Source: Alphaproteobacteria bacterium (GTDB taxonomy: Bacteria; Pseudomonadota; Alphaproteobacteria; Bin95). From it: DNA of 64,000 bases. Position 1 is the stretch's first letter. Each line of letters begins with the position of its first letter. This document shows, in pieces, positions 62,040 through 64,000 of the stretch. Both the position numbers and the translations under genes were made by a program. The notes under the pieces are model-generated. The model was not told the DNA's origin, ran no database searches, and was given only the letters and a program-made list of their open reading frames with translations. The stretch lies in NCBI GenBank assembly GCA_963665325.3, contig OZ224045.1:2240001-2304000 (forward strand). Direction: 5' to 3'.

Positions 62040-62410
62040 CCGGGCGGCACGGGCCATAGCGGTTGTCGCGGACGGCGCGGACCGCCGGCCGGATCGCCGG
62101 AACGAAGCGCCCGTCCGCCCGTGCAAGCGCGCTCCGGGCGTACAAAAAGCCCGCTGCCGAGCGGTTTTCGACAAATTAATTCTCATTTCCCTCCCGTCTG
62201 GGAGGCTCACCGATATTCCGAAACGGCATAGAATCTGTCCCTGTCGAGTGAACGGTATTCGCCGGTACGGGGGGCCGTATGAGGGATCCGGGACGCTTTG
62301 TATTTTTCGATTCCACGCCAGAACGGAAACCGGGAGCCGGGCGCTCCGTAACCCGGCGGCGGGTCCGGCCGCTCGTGGCCCCGGTCCTGGCGGCCGGGCT
62401 GTCGATGGCG
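61999..62410 (+). repeat. Junction unit copy 3
   Basis: Same tail end and spacer GGCCATAGCGGTTGTCGCG…; palindrome 62190-62205, TAGAAT 62229. Confidence 0.85.
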
Positions 62411-64000
62411 TTGGCAGCGTTCTTCGCCACCGTTGCCCAGGCGCAGACGGATGTAACATTGGTCAGTAACTTCGACGCAGATACGCCGCCCGTCCATGGC
62501 CGAACGCAGGCGATGTTGCAGCGTGTCACCACGGGGTCGGAGACCTATGGATACGTGCTCAAGTCGGTGGTGGTCGCCTACGGTGACAGTGAGCGCGACA
62601 GCGTTTCCGCGAAGGTGTGCGCGGTCAACGACACCGACCAGCCGACCTCCACATGCACGGACTTCACCGCGCCGTCGGTGCTTGATGGCGGGGACAGAAC
62701 CTTCACGGCGCCGGGCAATGGCATGTATCTGGCGCCAGAGACGAAATACGCGGTGGTGCTGACGCAAGACAATCCCGGCACGCAAATCACCTACAGAACG
62801 GCCGGTACCGGCCAGGAGGATTCCGATAGCCTTCGCGGGTGGAACATTGCGAACACATACCGTATCTACGACGGGACCTCGTGGGTAACTATCCAATTCA
62901 ACCACAGGTCAATCGTGCTTCGTCTCACGGGCCGCATTATCAGACCCGCCAGCCCCGACGACGCCAACGCCACGGGGGCGCCTGGAATCACGGGCCCGGC
63001 GCAGGTCGGCAGGACGCTGACAGCCCAAATAGGCGACATCACCGACCCGGACGGGCTGCCGTCGGGCAGGTTCCCGGACGGCTACTTCTTCCAGTGGATC
63101 GGCGTTGTGAAAGGCACCTACACCGACATGGTGTTCAACATACCGGGCGCCACGTCGGCGACTTACACGCCGGTCGACAACGACGAAATGCTCGGGGTCA
63201 AGTTCAAGGTGCGGGTGCGGTTCGTCGACCGCTCCCTCACGCTGGAAACGCGGACCAGCGCTGAGACCAATCTGGTGGTGCCCGACGCCGCGCCCTGCCC
63301 GGAGGTGTCGGTGTGGTGCACGCAGCTGACGTCGGGCCGCAAGTCCGGTGGACGATTCGTCGGGTTCGACCTGGGCGAAATCGGCAGCCTCGGCAACGAT
63401 ACCTTCACCTTTGACGGGACCACCTACACGGTCACCTACCTCGTTTCCGCCGCCACCTCCAACATCTACCTGGCGACCACGCCGGACCTTCCCGCCGACG
63501 GCGGCGGACTGACGCTGCACGTCCAGCGGGTCACCGGCACCCCCCGGGACCTGCCGCTGAGCGGCGCGACCCTGGAGCACCAGACCGGCGTCGGCGGCAA
63601 TGCCTGGGAGTTCTTCGGCGTCACCACGGGCGGGCAGACAAACCCACTGCTGCTGCGCAGACTCGACAGATCCAACGATCGCTACCAAAACGGGACCGAC
63701 GCCGGCACGCGCGTCACGGTGAGGCTGAGCCGGCAGCCGGGTGTGAGCTTCGATGCGCCGGCCTACTCGGCGTACGAAGCCGGCGAGGGCGCGCCGGTGA
63801 CGGTGACGCTGACCCCGGCGCCGAGCATGTCGGTGACGATCCCGATCACGGCGACCGGCCAGGACGGGGCGACGTCCGCGGACTGGACCGGCGTCATCCC
63901 GTCGAGCCTGACCTTCGCCGCGGGCGAGTCGAGCAAGACGTTCACGGTGACGGCGGTGGAGGATGCCTTCGCCGATGAGGGCGAGAGCGTGCTGCTCGAG
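62279..64000 (+). CDS. Large secreted adhesin-like protein (runs off window; absent from ORF track)
   Basis: MRDPGRF...LAAFFATVAQA/QTDVTLVSN signal; ATGAPGITGPAQVGRTLTA Ig-like repeat; CPEVSVWCTQLT domain; Calx-beta-like SLTFAAGESSKTFTVT. Confidence 0.85.
   Translation, partial: MRDPGRFVFFDSTPERKPGAGRSVTRRRVRPLVAPVLAAGLSMALAAFFATVAQAQTDVTLVSNFDADTPPVHGRTQAMLQRVTTGSETYGYVLKSVVVAYGDSERDSVSAKVCAVNDTDQPTSTCTDFTAPSVLDGGDRTFTAPGNGMYLAPETKYAVVLTQDNPGTQITYRTAGTGQEDSDSLRGWNIANTYRIYDGTSWVTIQFNHRSIVLRLTGRIIRPASPDDANATGAPGITGPAQVGRTLTAQIGDITDPDGLPSGRFPDGYFFQWIGVVKGTYTDMVFNIPGATSATYTPVDNDEMLGVKFKVRVRFVDRSLTLETRTSAETNLVVPDAAPCPEVSVWCTQLTSGRKSGGRFVGFDLGEIGSLGNDTFTFDGTTYTVTYLVSAATSNIYLATTPDLPADGGGLTLHVQRVTGTPRDLPLSGATLEHQTGVGGNAWEFFGVTTGGQTNPLLLRRLDRSNDRYQNGTDAGTRVTVRLSRQPGVSFDAPAYSAYEAGEGAPVTVTLTPAPSMSVTIPITATGQDGATSADWTGVIPSSLTFAAGESSKTFTVTAVEDAFADEGESVLLE

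Noticed and set aside
47313-62410. Junction repeats as CRISPR array, integron attC sites or DGR TR/VR
   Set aside because: Units are hundreds of bp and kb apart; no cas, integron integrase or reverse transcriptase; no attC core dyad or adenine-specific variation.
1-64000. tRNA/rRNA genes or riboswitches
   Set aside because: None recognised by eye; tRNAscan-SE and Infernal would be needed to exclude them.

Overview
High-GC bacterial chromosome segment. The der-bamB-yfgM-like cluster, a DUF2794 gene, hemF/petABC and mtaP-mtnA point to an Alphaproteobacterium, probably Rhodospirillales-like; the giant adhesins hint at a host-associated lifestyle (inference). Bases 1-44.5 kb are housekeeping and catabolic genes: two GMC oxidoreductases, LLM flavin enzymes, an amidase, two TRAP transporters, a TauD-family dioxygenase, CoA transferases and hydrolases. 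This part also holds a low-GC trypsin-like protease and a relic copy of the amidase 5' end. From ~44.6 kb to the end is an accessory region. It contains an AlkB-like di-iron hydroxylase fused to a degenerate GlnE-like nucleotidyltransferase domain, and an array of autotransporter-like adhesin genes and fragments joined by three copies of a conserved tail/spacer/promoter unit. A vanadium-haloperoxidase-like gene sits between the head and tail of a decayed adhesin. A 6.46-kb TG...CA transposon with a 5-bp CCATG target duplication splits one adhesin. It encodes a Zn-ribbon/HTH protein, a Mu/rve DDE transposase, an ExeA-like ATPase and an AAA_25 RepA-like helicase followed by iteron-like repeats, and is itself interrupted by an IS1634-family element. 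No rRNA, tRNA or CRISPR array was seen. All calls come from reading motifs by eye; no database searches were run.
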